From assembly GCA_965116875.1 (NCBI GenBank), contig OZ220733.1, positions 1,056,001 to 1,120,000 on the forward strand: a stretch of 64,000 nt of DNA. The letters run 5' to 3'. Positions 1 through 9,870 of this stretch are shown here, piece by piece (position 1 is the first letter of the stretch; each line of letters starts with the position of its first letter). Made by a program: the position numbers and the translations under genes. The DNA is from Candidatus Latescibacterota bacterium. GTDB lineage: Bacteria > Latescibacterota > UBA2968 > GCA-2709665. Below the pieces are notes generated by a model, which was not told the DNA's origin, made no database searches, and was given only the letters and a program-made list of their open reading frames with translations.

Positions 1-433
1 GTTCGTCCATCTGTGTGCCAAGTGTATTTGTTGCGAAAACGTAACAGTTGCGACGGTCTCGATAGGTATCCACCATCACCTCTACGCAGTCGTTTTGCCA
101 GATCCGGGAATCGCGACGGGTCATTGTTTCCCGCAGATTCCCCATATCCGGTTCTTCACAGTAGATGCCTATATAGAGCGCCTCTTCGTCGTACAATATC
201 CTGACTTCCGTTTTCAGCCGCGACGGGTGAATACTGCCCTCCTTTACACGGAAGAAGCCGGTCGCAATCCGTGCTTGTTGCCATACGGGATCGGAAAGCT
301 CGCCATCGATTACGGGTGCGGTTTTCACCCTGACGGCTTGAGCGACGCGGGTCCGGTGCTGATCCTCGGCGCCCAAGGATACGGGCATCAGCAACGTCGC
401 GACGACACTACAGATGTGTAAACGCTTTTTCAT
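1..433 (-). CDS. Secreted CBM9-like (carbohydrate-binding family 9 / DUF5916-type) protein, N-terminal part; runs off the window start
   Basis: Not in the ORF track. Manual translation from ATG at 433: MKKRLHICSVVATLLMPVSLGAEDQ...APVIDGELSDPVWQQA...TEVRILYDEEALYIGIYCEE...RRDSRIWQNDCVEVMVDTYRDRRNCYVFATNTLGTQMD. Signal peptide plus the typical PVIDG-L-D--W / YD---LY / D-VEV--D motifs. Confidence 0.8.
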   Translation of the reverse strand, partial: MKKRLHICSVVATLLMPVSLGAEDQHRTRVAQAVRVKTAPVIDGELSDPVWQQARIATGFFRVKEGSIHPSRLKTEVRILYDEEALYIGIYCEEPDMGNLRETMTRRDSRIWQNDCVEVMVDTYRDRRNCYVFATNTLGTQMDE

Positions 434-508
434 CGTGAGAACCGATTCAATCGCATTATCCTCCAAATGAACGACTGTAAGGGATACCTATCGGCCGATC
501 CTCCGCAC

Positions 509-587
509 TTACACCCTTCAGGATGCACTCCGGAAGGCCCTTCAAAACGCACGATAAAACAGGGCGACCACAAGGGTCGCCCCTACG
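509..587. repeat. 79-bp direct repeat, copy 1, ending in a GTAG-type REP-like palindrome
   Basis: ttacacccttcaggatgcactccggaaggcccttcaaaacgcacgataaaacagggcgaccacaagggtcgcccctacg; matches 4269-4347 with 2 mismatches. Confidence 0.95.
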
Positions 588-624
588 ATTTACTGGTAAG
601 CCGATCTCTGTAGATGTGAATTCC

Positions 625-2454
625 TCATCCGCGAACTGATGCGCTCAATTCTCCGTGCCACAGCTTTTGCATCTCGTTGCAGCTTTTGAGCAGCACGTCC
701 AATGTTCCCTCGGCGTCAACTCGTCCATCCTTGAGGACGATGATATTGTCCGCGCGCCTCAAGGCGGCTCGGCGGTGCGATACAACGAGATACGTGCTGA
801 CGACACGTCCGGGGGGGGTCATTTCCGTCTGTCCAAATACACGACGCCACAATGTCTGCTCCGTCTCCACGTCGAGGGCACTGGAAAGATCGTCGAATAC
901 AACCAGTTCAGGTTCACGGACCAGCGCCCGCGCCGCCGCCGTTCTTAGTACCTGACCGCCGGAAAGTTTCACGCCCCTCGGACCGATCCTTGTATCCAGT
1001 CCGTCGGCAAGCATCTCCAGATCGTCTTCCATTGCCGCTTTCCGTATTGACGCAGGCAGGTCGACGCGCTCTGGGGGCAGGCCCATGAGGATATTGTCCT
1101 GTAGCGTGTCGCTGAAGAGCCTTGGGACCTGCGGCGTATAGGCGCAACGCGGCGGCACGAAGAACGATGCCGGATCCGAAACCCGTTCGCCGTTCCAGTA
1201 TATGTCTCCGCCATCCCTGGGAAGAAAACCCAACAGAGACTCCAGAAGCGTCGTCTTTCCGGACCCGATTCGTCCTGTGATGACCGTTACCGTCCCGGCT
1301 TCCAGTCGCAGGTCTATCCCGTCAATTCCCCGACCCGTTTCCGAATGAATGAAGCTCAAGCCTCCGACCTCCAGTGTTTGCAAACGGTCGGTGCTCTCTT
1401 TTTCGATGAATGGCACGGCGGGCAAGTCACCCCGCAGGTAAACCGTACCGGGACGGACGAGCGATTCCCGTGAAATCCCGGGCAAGAGTTCAAGAAGTCG
1501 CTCTATGGAAACGTCAGCCTGCTTGAGCGCGGCCAGCAAGGCTCCCAGGCGTTCTGCAAATGCCAATACCGTGATCTCGCCCAGGGCGATGTAACTGACA
1601 AACAGTGCGAAGTCACCAACGGTAAAGTCCCCCGCGCGCATCAGTTCAGCGGCGAATATCAGGATTACGCCGGTCGCCAGGTTGATTGTCGTCGAGTTAA
1701 TCGATGCCAGCAGCCGGTTGAAAAGGCGTTCCCGGATAACCGCTCTGCGCCGTGCTTCGTTGAGCCTTTCGACGTGCTGGACGGTGTTTGCCTCGCTGTT
1801 TGAAGCCTTGACCGCCAATACCGCCCCGAAGAGGTCACCAAGAAAACCGCTGACACGGCCCGTCGTCCTCCGGCTCTCGTGTCGAAATGACTGAATGCGC
1901 CTGCCCATTCCGTTCGCAAGGAGTACGATGGCGATCATCGGTATGAATGCCAGAAACGTGATATAGGGATTGACACTCAACAGTACCGCAAATGCAAAAA
2001 CTGCAGCCGCGGCGTGTCCGATCAGGGCCAGGAAAATCATTAACGGCGCAATCGCTCCGTCGATATCGTCGTCCAGACGATTGACGATTTCTCCCGGACC
2101 ATGTTCAGCACGGCCATCCGAGGCCTGCAGGAGACGATTGAACAGATTCCCACGGATGAGTGTTTTGAGTTTGCCTTCGAAATACGCGTAGTTCGCGGCG
2201 TATCCCTGCTCGAAAATCTGTACGGTCAATCGAGTCGCAAGAAAGAGAATAACCAGGACCGAGATGCCGAAGCGGACATCACCTTCCCCTGCCAACGCGT
2301 CGAAGAATGCACGGAGGATCAGACCGACGATCAGCGGGAAACCGTAATACCCCAAGGAAAGGAGGATACCGAGAAAAAACAGCCAGGGGCTGATCCCGAT
2401 CAGCCTTCGGAAATAGCGTGATCTTCCTTTGTTACTTTCGACAAAGCGGTTCAT
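625..2454 (-). CDS. ABC exporter, fused TMD + ATP-binding subunit (heterodimer partner 2)
   Basis: N-terminal TM helices; Walker A GRIGSGKTT, signature LSGGQ, degenerate Walker B VFDDLSSALD, H-loop VSHR. Confidence 0.92.
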   Translation of the reverse strand: MNRFVESNKGRSRYFRRLIGISPWLFFLGILLSLGYYGFPLIVGLILRAFFDALAGEGDVRFGISVLVILFLATRLTVQIFEQGYAANYAYFEGKLKTLIRGNLFNRLLQASDGRAEHGPGEIVNRLDDDIDGAIAPLMIFLALIGHAAAAVFAFAVLLSVNPYITFLAFIPMIAIVLLANGMGRRIQSFRHESRRTTGRVSGFLGDLFGAVLAVKASNSEANTVQHVERLNEARRRAVIRERLFNRLLASINSTTINLATGVILIFAAELMRAGDFTVGDFALFVSYIALGEITVLAFAERLGALLAALKQADVSIERLLELLPGISRESLVRPGTVYLRGDLPAVPFIEKESTDRLQTLEVGGLSFIHSETGRGIDGIDLRLEAGTVTVITGRIGSGKTTLLESLLGFLPRDGGDIYWNGERVSDPASFFVPPRCAYTPQVPRLFSDTLQDNILMGLPPERVDLPASIRKAAMEDDLEMLADGLDTRIGPRGVKLSGGQVLRTAAARALVREPELVVFDDLSSALDVETEQTLWRRVFGQTEMTPPGRVVSTYLVVSHRRAALRRADNIIVLKDGRVDAEGTLDVLLKSCNEMQKLWHGELSASVRG

Positions 2455-4211
2455 CGCAGAACCCCTTCCAACCCCGTACGCAACAGACCGGAGAAGATGG
2501 AATCGGGATTCTTCACCAGATTCGCGTAAGTACCATGTTCTTTCATCCGTCCTTCTTCGAGAATCATGATTTCGTCGGCACGATATACTGTCGAAAGACG
2601 ATGTGCGATGACAATCGCGGTCCGATTCCGGAGGAGGGCGTCCATCGCGCGTTGCATGCGTCGTTCGGTAGCCGCATCCAGACGCGACGACGCTTCGTCC
2701 AGAATCAGCAAACCGGGGTCCCTCAGGAAAACCCTTGCAAACGCCACCAACTGCGCCTCGCCCGCGGAAAGTCCGCTCCCACCCGGCGGCATCTGCGAAT
2801 CGAGACCCAGGGGAAGCGACGCGTACCAGGGGCCAAGTCCCACAACGCGGAGCGCGTCTATAACGCGATTATCCCCAATGGATCCATCAAAAAGCGTCAG
2901 GTTATCCCGGACCGACGCCTGAAACAGCTGTACGTCCTGCGTGACCAATCCAACGTGTGCGCGGAGGTTGGACAACCGCGGTTCCCGAATGTCCGTACCG
3001 CTCAGGCGGATCGAACCGCCGCAGGCGTCGCAGAGCCGGAACAGCAGACGGGAAAGCGTGGTCTTTCCGCTCCCTGTGCGTCCCAGCAGACCAAGCACTT
3101 TTCCAGGTTCCAGTCGGAACGTGAGATCTTGCAGTACCGGTTTTTCTGGCTGGTAGGAAAAGCAAAGGTTCCGACACTCGACTGAAAGCGGTCCCGGCGA
3201 AAGAATCGCTCCGGGGCCGTCACGAATCTCAGGTCTGACCGTCGTGAGTTCTTCGACGCGCTGGATTCCGACCCGTATGCTCTGAAACGCTTCTACCTGC
3301 CTTTGAATCCTGTTCAGCGGTGTGTGCAGCATCTGGAGATAGTGGATCAGGAGATAGACGGTTCCGATCGTAATGACGTCCACCCGGTACAGGTATGCGC
3401 CATATGCCATTGCCGACGCAAAACCAGTTGCAAAGACGATATTCGAGATTGACCACCCCACGTCGGTGATGACATCGGCTTTGAACGCGGTTGCGAATGC
3501 TCTCCTTACAACCACATGGAAACGTCGCATCGTAAATGCGATTGCGCCGCTGGCCCGGATGTCTCTGAGGCCGGAAAGACGTTCCTCAAGAAAACCGGAC
3601 AGTTCCGCGCTGGCCTGCCGCTCGGCGTGCCAGAATGGCACCGAGATCATTTGCGCGCGAATGTGGACCGTCAGATAGACCGCCACAAAAGCTGCGAGAA
3701 TTGCACCAAGCCGCCAGTCTTCGAACATGAGGACGATCAATACGCCAAGTGACAGCATGAGGCCACCAACCAGTTCAATGACGAAATCCGAGAAGAAGGC
3801 GGCGAGCCGACCCACGTCGCCATCAACGCGTTCAATCAGTTCACCAGGCGTACGGCTGTGGTGAAACGACATATCCAGGCTCAGGATATGACCCGTCAGA
3901 TTGGACCGAAGACGGTTTGTTGCGCGCCAGCTCACGTCGCTGCAGACGTAGCTCGCGAAGGCAGACACGGCCTGGTGAACCAGCCCCACGCCGATGAACA
4001 GCAGGCCCGCGCGGGTAAGTTGCCGCAGCGATCCTCCCTCTGTTGCCGTATCGATGAAAAAACGCATAATCAACGGGTTGGCCAGCTGCAGACCAATTCC
4101 GCCGAACAACATCAGCGCCATCGCCAGAACCCGTGGCCACTGTGGCTTGAGGTAGCAGATCAACAATGTGAAATATCGGTTTCGTCGTCTCTTCATCACT
4201 GATCTTTGCAT
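2451..4211 (-). CDS. ABC exporter, fused TMD + ATP-binding subunit (heterodimer partner 1); start may be ATG at 4196
   Basis: TMD; GRTGSGKTT, degenerate signature LSAGE, ILDEASSRLD, IAHRLST; 4-bp overlap with the downstream partner. Confidence 0.92.
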   Translation of the reverse strand: MQRSVMKRRRNRYFTLLICYLKPQWPRVLAMALMLFGGIGLQLANPLIMRFFIDTATEGGSLRQLTRAGLLFIGVGLVHQAVSAFASYVCSDVSWRATNRLRSNLTGHILSLDMSFHHSRTPGELIERVDGDVGRLAAFFSDFVIELVGGLMLSLGVLIVLMFEDWRLGAILAAFVAVYLTVHIRAQMISVPFWHAERQASAELSGFLEERLSGLRDIRASGAIAFTMRRFHVVVRRAFATAFKADVITDVGWSISNIVFATGFASAMAYGAYLYRVDVITIGTVYLLIHYLQMLHTPLNRIQRQVEAFQSIRVGIQRVEELTTVRPEIRDGPGAILSPGPLSVECRNLCFSYQPEKPVLQDLTFRLEPGKVLGLLGRTGSGKTTLSRLLFRLCDACGGSIRLSGTDIREPRLSNLRAHVGLVTQDVQLFQASVRDNLTLFDGSIGDNRVIDALRVVGLGPWYASLPLGLDSQMPPGGSGLSAGEAQLVAFARVFLRDPGLLILDEASSRLDAATERRMQRAMDALLRNRTAIVIAHRLSTVYRADEIMILEEGRMKEHGTYANLVKNPDSIFSGLLRTGLEGVLR

Positions 4212-4268
4212 TCCATCGTCGAATCATGCTGTTTAGTACCGCGAAGAAATTCAACCGATCCTTCGAAT

Positions 4269-4347
4269 TTACACCCATCAGGATGCACTCCGGAAGGCCC
4301 TTCAAAACGCACAATAAAACAGGGCGACCACAAGGGTCGCCCCTACG
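4269..4347. repeat. 79-bp direct repeat, copy 2, with REP-like palindrome
   Basis: Near-identical to 509-587; palindrome agggcgacc-acaa-gggtcgccc followed by ctac (GTAG on the minus strand). Confidence 0.95.
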
Positions 4348-4502
4348 CCTTCGTCGGAATGCGGCCCGGCGGCATTGCGCGGTACATCGGCGCACTCCCG
4401 GAGGAAACCATGTCAATCCTGTAAGGCAGGAAAATTGGGGATCCCTTGCCCGATGCGCTCGGCGGAATCCCCTGACTTTTCCGGTCTTCGATTTCCTAAT
4501 CG

Positions 4503-5612
4503 CTACAACCGCGGCCGGCTGCCCGTCCCGTACCCCACGAGTTCCACGTATCCCTGCCCCATCCGCTTCCCGTCAGGACCCGTGATTTCCACGGCGCCCT
4601 CCCAGTAGAACATCGACCTGATCAATGCGCTTCGATTCTCCTGGTCCGCCATCACGGGCCGGATCGACATCCGCAGGTCCTCGCCGGGAAGTGCGACCTC
4701 CCATTGCGAGGGATACACGGCATCCGTCTCCGGGCTCCTCCAGGTCTCCTTTGCACGAATGGAAAATGATTCCGGCGCCAGGTATCTGGCCTGCCCCGCC
4801 GCAGAGACGATCGTACCGCGCGCGAAGTCCGCGGCGCCCGTGGTATCCCGCAACACGTACAGCATCACCTCGCGGCCGTCATCGAGTTGCAGGCTGAACC
4901 AGTCCCACCCCGCCTGGTGGGCTTCGAGCTGGTTCGACCCGAACTCCTTGTCCATCCAGCTCTTTCCCGTTACCGTCAGCCGCTCGCCGTTCAGCCGGAT
5001 CTCGCCCGTTGTGGCAAGGCGCGTAAAGCTGTAATACTGGCTGGCCGCGGCCTCATCCTTCCCTTTCCTGCTGAATCCGTTCGGCCCCTGGAAGACCATC
5101 GGCTTGTCGGGCCGGGTCGATAACGAGAATCCCATGCGCCGCCGGCTGTCGGTCATCGAGAAATCGAACCCGGAACCGCTCCAGCGCAGCGTCCAAAGCG
5201 CGTCGGTACCCGCCGGGGCCCGGCTCCAGGCGATCAGCGTATCGGGGTACTCGCCAATCCCGCCGAGTAGGGGCGTGATCCGGTAGATCACCTCGCTGAA
5301 GAGATGGCGCTGCGACTCGATATCGCCAATGGCCGCGTGGCCCATGATCAGGTTTCCGGTCGCCCAATCCGACGCCAGCGTGGGACGCCGCGGCAACATC
5401 CCGATCCGGAAGAACGTGAACTGGTATCCGAAGCGCCGTCCGTCCTCCGACGTCAGATGTCCCGTAAAATACCACCACTCCGTCTTGTAACCGTGACGCG
5501 CCCAGTGGTCGTGCGGGAAGGACCACGCATAGTCCGGGCGTGCGGTCTTCCACTCCCCGGCGCCGGCCGCGGGGGCGAGGGCGAGCAGACAAAAAGCGAG
5601 CGCAACCCGCAT
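4503..5612 (-). CDS. Secreted lipocalin-like AttH / carotenoid 1,2-hydratase (CrtC)-family protein
   Basis: Signal peptide MRVALAFCLLALAPAAGA; motifs FPHDH--H...TEWWYFTG, GYQFTFFR, SQYYSFTRL, WMDKEFGS, GWDWFSLQLDDG, YWEG, GYVELVGY. Confidence 0.85.
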   Translation of the reverse strand: MRVALAFCLLALAPAAGAGEWKTARPDYAWSFPHDHWARHGYKTEWWYFTGHLTSEDGRRFGYQFTFFRIGMLPRRPTLASDWATGNLIMGHAAIGDIESQRHLFSEVIYRITPLLGGIGEYPDTLIAWSRAPAGTDALWTLRWSGSGFDFSMTDSRRRMGFSLSTRPDKPMVFQGPNGFSRKGKDEAAASQYYSFTRLATTGEIRLNGERLTVTGKSWMDKEFGSNQLEAHQAGWDWFSLQLDDGREVMLYVLRDTTGAADFARGTIVSAAGQARYLAPESFSIRAKETWRSPETDAVYPSQWEVALPGEDLRMSIRPVMADQENRSALIRSMFYWEGAVEITGPDGKRMGQGYVELVGYGTGSRPRL

Positions 5613-5733
5613 TCTGTAATCCCAGCGGCGATCGCGCTCCGTTCTCATGGTCGATTTCACGATTCCTCGTATCGCCACAATGCGATCAACGATGGAACCG
5701 GAAAAACGACCAACAGAGTCGAATCCATTTCGG

Positions 5734-7191
5734 TCATCCGGATTTCACCTGTTCTATCGCCGCGAACCCCTCACGCCCCTGACGGAAGAGCTCCCGGACG
5801 TCATCGCGTTGCCGGTCGGTATTGTACCGGCCCCAGGTATCGATCCATTTCAGCGAGTCTTCGATTCCGTCCAGAAAAAACCTGGCGGATTCGTTTCGTT
5901 CGGTGGGGGGACGGCCGCACGAGAAATAGACCGGGCTGCTGTGGGCGTAGATGGACTGACCGAAGCTGTCGCGTCCATCGCCCCAGAGCCTTGCGGCGAT
6001 CCAACCGTCGCGGTCGACCTCCACGCGGTGGCGGATGGCGCCCTCGCGTTTGCCTTCGGCATTGTTCTCTGCGTGAATGACGCGGCCGTTCATCACGACT
6101 TCCACGCGATGGACGGGATAGAAGGAATTGAAACCGGACTCGATATCGAGCGCGCCGCCGTTGGGTAACTGGACCGTGGAACCCATCGGCCGGTCGTTGA
6201 CGCTCAGATCGATGGCGGGTCCATTGGTGATGAAGGTGTTGCCCGCCTTCATGCCGGCGATCCAGCTTTCGTAGGAAAACGCGTCGCTGGTGTTGACATA
6301 CACACGGTTGTTGGAGCAGACGAACCAGTCCGTGCCGGTGGATGCGGGCAGGCGGATGCCGCAGTTGAGGAGTTTGTACCAGAGATCGTACTCGGGGTCC
6401 ATCCAGAAGGGATCGAACAGGTTGAAGGCATCCAGCTTGCCCAGCACCGCCGCAACCGGCGCCTCCATGCCCCGGCCGTTGTGGCACCAGATGACGATAC
6501 CGCCCTGGTCGCGCGCTTCGTCGCAGCAGAAGCAGAGCGGAGGATAGTCGGGGTCGAACTGGGCGGTGAGGATATGGCCGCGGCTCACGGGCTGGACGAG
6601 GTTGCGGATGTTGAGAAACATCACGTGTCCGTACCCGAAACCCCAGGGGGAGTTTTCGCCGTAGTGGCGGTTCTCTTCCCCGATGTCCAGGACGTGATGC
6701 GCGGTGGTGAAGTCATTCATCACGCCGATGGGATATTTGTTGCTGGCGTAGGGGAGCTGCCTTCTGTCCAGGACGCTGACGACGGTCACGTTGTAGCCTT
6801 CGACGCTGCAGTCGATGGCCAGCCGGTCGTCCGGCCGGGTCTCCTTCTCATCGTAGTGGATGTGGGTGTTGCCCGGATACCAGTTGTTTTCCTGCGGGAA
6901 GTACCATCGGTTGAGCCTGATCTCGACGTCTTTCGCGCCGTGTTCGGGCATGTCCACCACCGTACGTGACGGCTCGAATTCGGTCCCCCGCTCCACCAGT
7001 ACGTCGGTGCGCCCGCGGCCCCCCCGGACCTCGAAGGAACCGTCGCAGAAGAAGAACGGCGTACCGGGACCCCGCTTCAACACGGCCTCCCGCGGATGGG
7101 TAAACCGGCCGTCGGAGGTCAGCACGTGGACCTTGGCGTCGATCTGCTCGCCGGTCGCGCCGTCGACAATATGCCCTCGCAGGATGCCCAT
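5734..7191 (-). CDS. CehA/McbA-family (PHP-like) metallohydrolase
   Basis: WYPGNTHIH, GEE, GHVMFL, WCHN, YKLLNCGIRLPASTGTD, NRVYV, GNTFITNGP, AHSSPVY. Confidence 0.8.
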   Translation of the reverse strand: MGILRGHIVDGATGEQIDAKVHVLTSDGRFTHPREAVLKRGPGTPFFFCDGSFEVRGGRGRTDVLVERGTEFEPSRTVVDMPEHGAKDVEIRLNRWYFPQENNWYPGNTHIHYDEKETRPDDRLAIDCSVEGYNVTVVSVLDRRQLPYASNKYPIGVMNDFTTAHHVLDIGEENRHYGENSPWGFGYGHVMFLNIRNLVQPVSRGHILTAQFDPDYPPLCFCCDEARDQGGIVIWCHNGRGMEAPVAAVLGKLDAFNLFDPFWMDPEYDLWYKLLNCGIRLPASTGTDWFVCSNNRVYVNTSDAFSYESWIAGMKAGNTFITNGPAIDLSVNDRPMGSTVQLPNGGALDIESGFNSFYPVHRVEVVMNGRVIHAENNAEGKREGAIRHRVEVDRDGWIAARLWGDGRDSFGQSIYAHSSPVYFSCGRPPTERNESARFFLDGIEDSLKWIDTWGRYNTDRQRDDVRELFRQGREGFAAIEQVKSG

Positions 7192-7315
7192 ATAAAACTC
7201 CGGGATAATCGTTTCAAGTCACAAGCGGAGCGACTGAGACAGGCGAACCTTCGCCCCGGCTCCCTTTTCTGCGACGAGAGGGCGAAGTACGCCAGCATAT
7301 CGCATGCACACCAAC

Positions 7316-8476
7316 CTAACTGCCAAAGGCCCGGGCGAAAACCAGAAAGTCGCCAAAGCCGATGGCGCCGTCTCCGTCCAGATCATACCCCGCATCATAC
7401 CCGGCATCGCCTTGATTCAGGCCGAAGTTCGAGGCGAACTGCAGAAAGTCGGCGAAGTCAACCGTGCCGTTGCCATCGAAGTCCGCACTGGCGGTTTGAG
7501 GATTGATGCGCGGCGCCAGATTCCAGAGCACAATCGTACTGTCCTGACTCCCACTTGCGAGGATCCTACCGTCCGGAGAGAACCGCACGTTGTAAACGGG
7601 CCCGGTATGCCCTCGTAATGTGTCCGCCTCCCTTCCACCGGCCACGTCCCACAATCGAACCGTATGGTCTTCACTTCCGCTGGCGATGGTACTACCGTCC
7701 GGTGAGAACGTCACGGAAAAGACATCCCCGGTATGCCCACGTAACGTGGCCATACTCCGACCCCTGGCCACATCCCATAGTCGAATCGTTTCGTCTGCGC
7801 TGGCACTGGCGAGAATACTTCCGTCCGGCGAGAATGTCACCTCCGAAATCCAATCCTCGTGGCCCCAGAACGTGGCATTCTGCGAACCCCTGCCCACGTC
7901 CCACAGCCGAATCACACCGTCACCACCTCCACTGGCCAGTGTCCTCCCGTCAGGTGAGAACGACACGGAATAAAGATTCATAGCCTGCGCTCGCAATATG
8001 GCTTTCTCCTGACCGCCGGCCACATCCCACAACAGAATGTCCACATAACAGACTGCGAGTGTACTTCCATCCGGTGAGAACGACAAGGAGAGACTACCCA
8101 TTGTATATTGCTGCAGCGACGCCTTCACGCGAAGGCTGACTACATCCCAAAATCGAACGAATCCGTCGGCACTGGCCAGGGTTTTTCCATCCGGCGAGAA
8201 CGACAAGGAGCCTACAAGCCCCGCGTGACCCGTCAGCCTTGCCTTCTCCCGTGGCTTGACCATGTCCCACAATCGAATCGTAGCGTCCGCGCTCCCGCTG
8301 GCGAGTGTTGCCCCATCCGTTGAGAACGACAAGGAAACAACCGAACCCCTATGCCCTCGCAGTGTAGCACCGCGTTCGGGCAAACTGATGGGATGATTCT
8401 CTTGAGCGAGGCTGTTCTGCACCAGAAGGACGCTGACAAACAGTAGGGCAAAGGCAAATCCATAGCTCTTATTCAT
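7316..8476 (-). CDS. Secreted WD40-repeat protein with C-terminal dockerin/EF-hand-like domain (paralogue A)
   Basis: Signal peptide; about 7 repeats of L-GH---V-S--FSPDG--LASGS-D-T-RLWD; C-terminal DFDGNGTVDFADF...DLDGDGAIGFGDF. Confidence 0.93.
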   Translation of the reverse strand: MNKSYGFAFALLFVSVLLVQNSLAQENHPISLPERGATLRGHRGSVVSLSFSTDGATLASGSADATIRLWDMVKPREKARLTGHAGLVGSLSFSPDGKTLASADGFVRFWDVVSLRVKASLQQYTMGSLSLSFSPDGSTLAVCYVDILLWDVAGGQEKAILRAQAMNLYSVSFSPDGRTLASGGGDGVIRLWDVGRGSQNATFWGHEDWISEVTFSPDGSILASASADETIRLWDVARGRSMATLRGHTGDVFSVTFSPDGSTIASGSEDHTVRLWDVAGGREADTLRGHTGPVYNVRFSPDGRILASGSQDSTIVLWNLAPRINPQTASADFDGNGTVDFADFLQFASNFGLNQGDAGYDAGYDLDGDGAIGFGDFLVFARAFGS

Positions 8477-8539
8477 CGGACATCCCTCTAGCTCGACACT
8501 GGCGGATGAGTCCGCCTTGACGGAGTATTGCGCGCCCGG

Positions 8540-9694
8540 CTAGCTGCCAAACGCTTTCGCAAAGATCAGAAAATCATCGAATGCAATTGCGCCGTCGCCG
8601 TCTATATCATATCCAGTGTAGTAACCGACATCGCCAAAACTCAGCCCGAAATGCGCGGCAAACTGCACGAAGTCCGCGAAGTCGACGGCGCCGTTTCCAT
8701 CGAAGTCCGGACTGGCGGGCTGAGGCGTGATATGCGGAGACATATTCCACAGGACAATCGATCCGTCCCTACCCGCACTGGCGAGAATCCTCCCGTCCGG
8801 CGAGAACAACACGGAAGCAACCCAACCCGTATGCCCACGGAGTGTGGCCTTCTCTTTTCCCATGGCCAGATCCCACAGTCGAACCGTATCGCCACCGCTG
8901 GCCAGAGTACTCCCATCGGGTGAGAACGATAAGGACGAAACCGAGCCCTTATCCGTTTGTAGTGTTGCCTTCTTCCGTCCGGTGGCAACATCCCGCAATC
9001 GAATCGCACCGTCTCTGCCGTTACTGGCGAGAATCCTCCCGTCCGGCGAGAAAGACACGGAATTAACCGAACCCGCATTATCCCAGAACGTTGCTACCGG
9101 CTTACCCGTGTCCGCGTCCCACAATCGAACCGTCGTGTCGTTGCCTCCGCTGGCAAGCATTCGCCCGTCAGGCGAAAACGCCACGGTAAAAGCACTGGGC
9201 GAATGACCTCGCAGGCTGGGCTTCTCACGGCGGCTGGCTACGTCCCACCAATGAATGTCTCCAAGGCAGGCGGCGAGCGTGCTTCCATCCGGCGAGAACG
9301 TCAAATCAGAAAAAGCCCTCATATGCCCCTCCAGCGGCGCCTTCTCCTGACCGCTGGCCACATCCCACAATCGGACGTTTTCATTGCTGCTGGCCAGGGT
9401 CTTCCCATCCGGTGAAAACGCCACGGAATTGACAAGCCCCGGGTGCCCCGTCAGTCTGGCCTTCTCCCGAAGGGCGACCACATCCCACAATCGGATCGTC
9501 GCGTCATTGCTCCCACTGGCAAGCGTTTGCCCATCAGGCGAAAACGACAAGGACGAAACCCCTGAGGTGTGTCCTCGCAGAGTGACGCGGCCTTCGTCCA
9601 AACTGACGGGATTGTTTCCTTGAGCGAAGCTGTTCTGCGACAACAGGACGAAGACAAAGAGGACGGCAAGATCTAAACTGTAGCTCTTTTTCAT
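8540..9694 (-). CDS. Secreted WD40-repeat protein with C-terminal dockerin/EF-hand-like domain (paralogue B)
   Basis: True start is MKKSYSLD at 9694, by alignment to paralogue A (the ORF track extends it into the upstream gene). Same repeat and C-terminal architecture. Confidence 0.93.
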   Translation of the reverse strand: MKKSYSLDLAVLFVFVLLSQNSFAQGNNPVSLDEGRVTLRGHTSGVSSLSFSPDGQTLASGSNDATIRLWDVVALREKARLTGHPGLVNSVAFSPDGKTLASSNENVRLWDVASGQEKAPLEGHMRAFSDLTFSPDGSTLAACLGDIHWWDVASRREKPSLRGHSPSAFTVAFSPDGRMLASGGNDTTVRLWDADTGKPVATFWDNAGSVNSVSFSPDGRILASNGRDGAIRLRDVATGRKKATLQTDKGSVSSLSFSPDGSTLASGGDTVRLWDLAMGKEKATLRGHTGWVASVLFSPDGRILASAGRDGSIVLWNMSPHITPQPASPDFDGNGAVDFADFVQFAAHFGLSFGDVGYYTGYDIDGDGAIAFDDFLIFAKAFGS

Positions 9695-9870
9695 AGGATA
9701 CCCCTTTCTTTTGCAGAAAGGAAACAGTCGCGATTTCTCTGAGTCCGCGTTCACCTGGCAAGCGCGCGAACGACAGCTTTCGGTTCGTGGTCGATAACGG
9801 TCAGGAGGACACGGGCTGCCCGATCCGGAACGCGACGACCCCTTGCAGATCCGCTTTCCGGTCTGATTCA

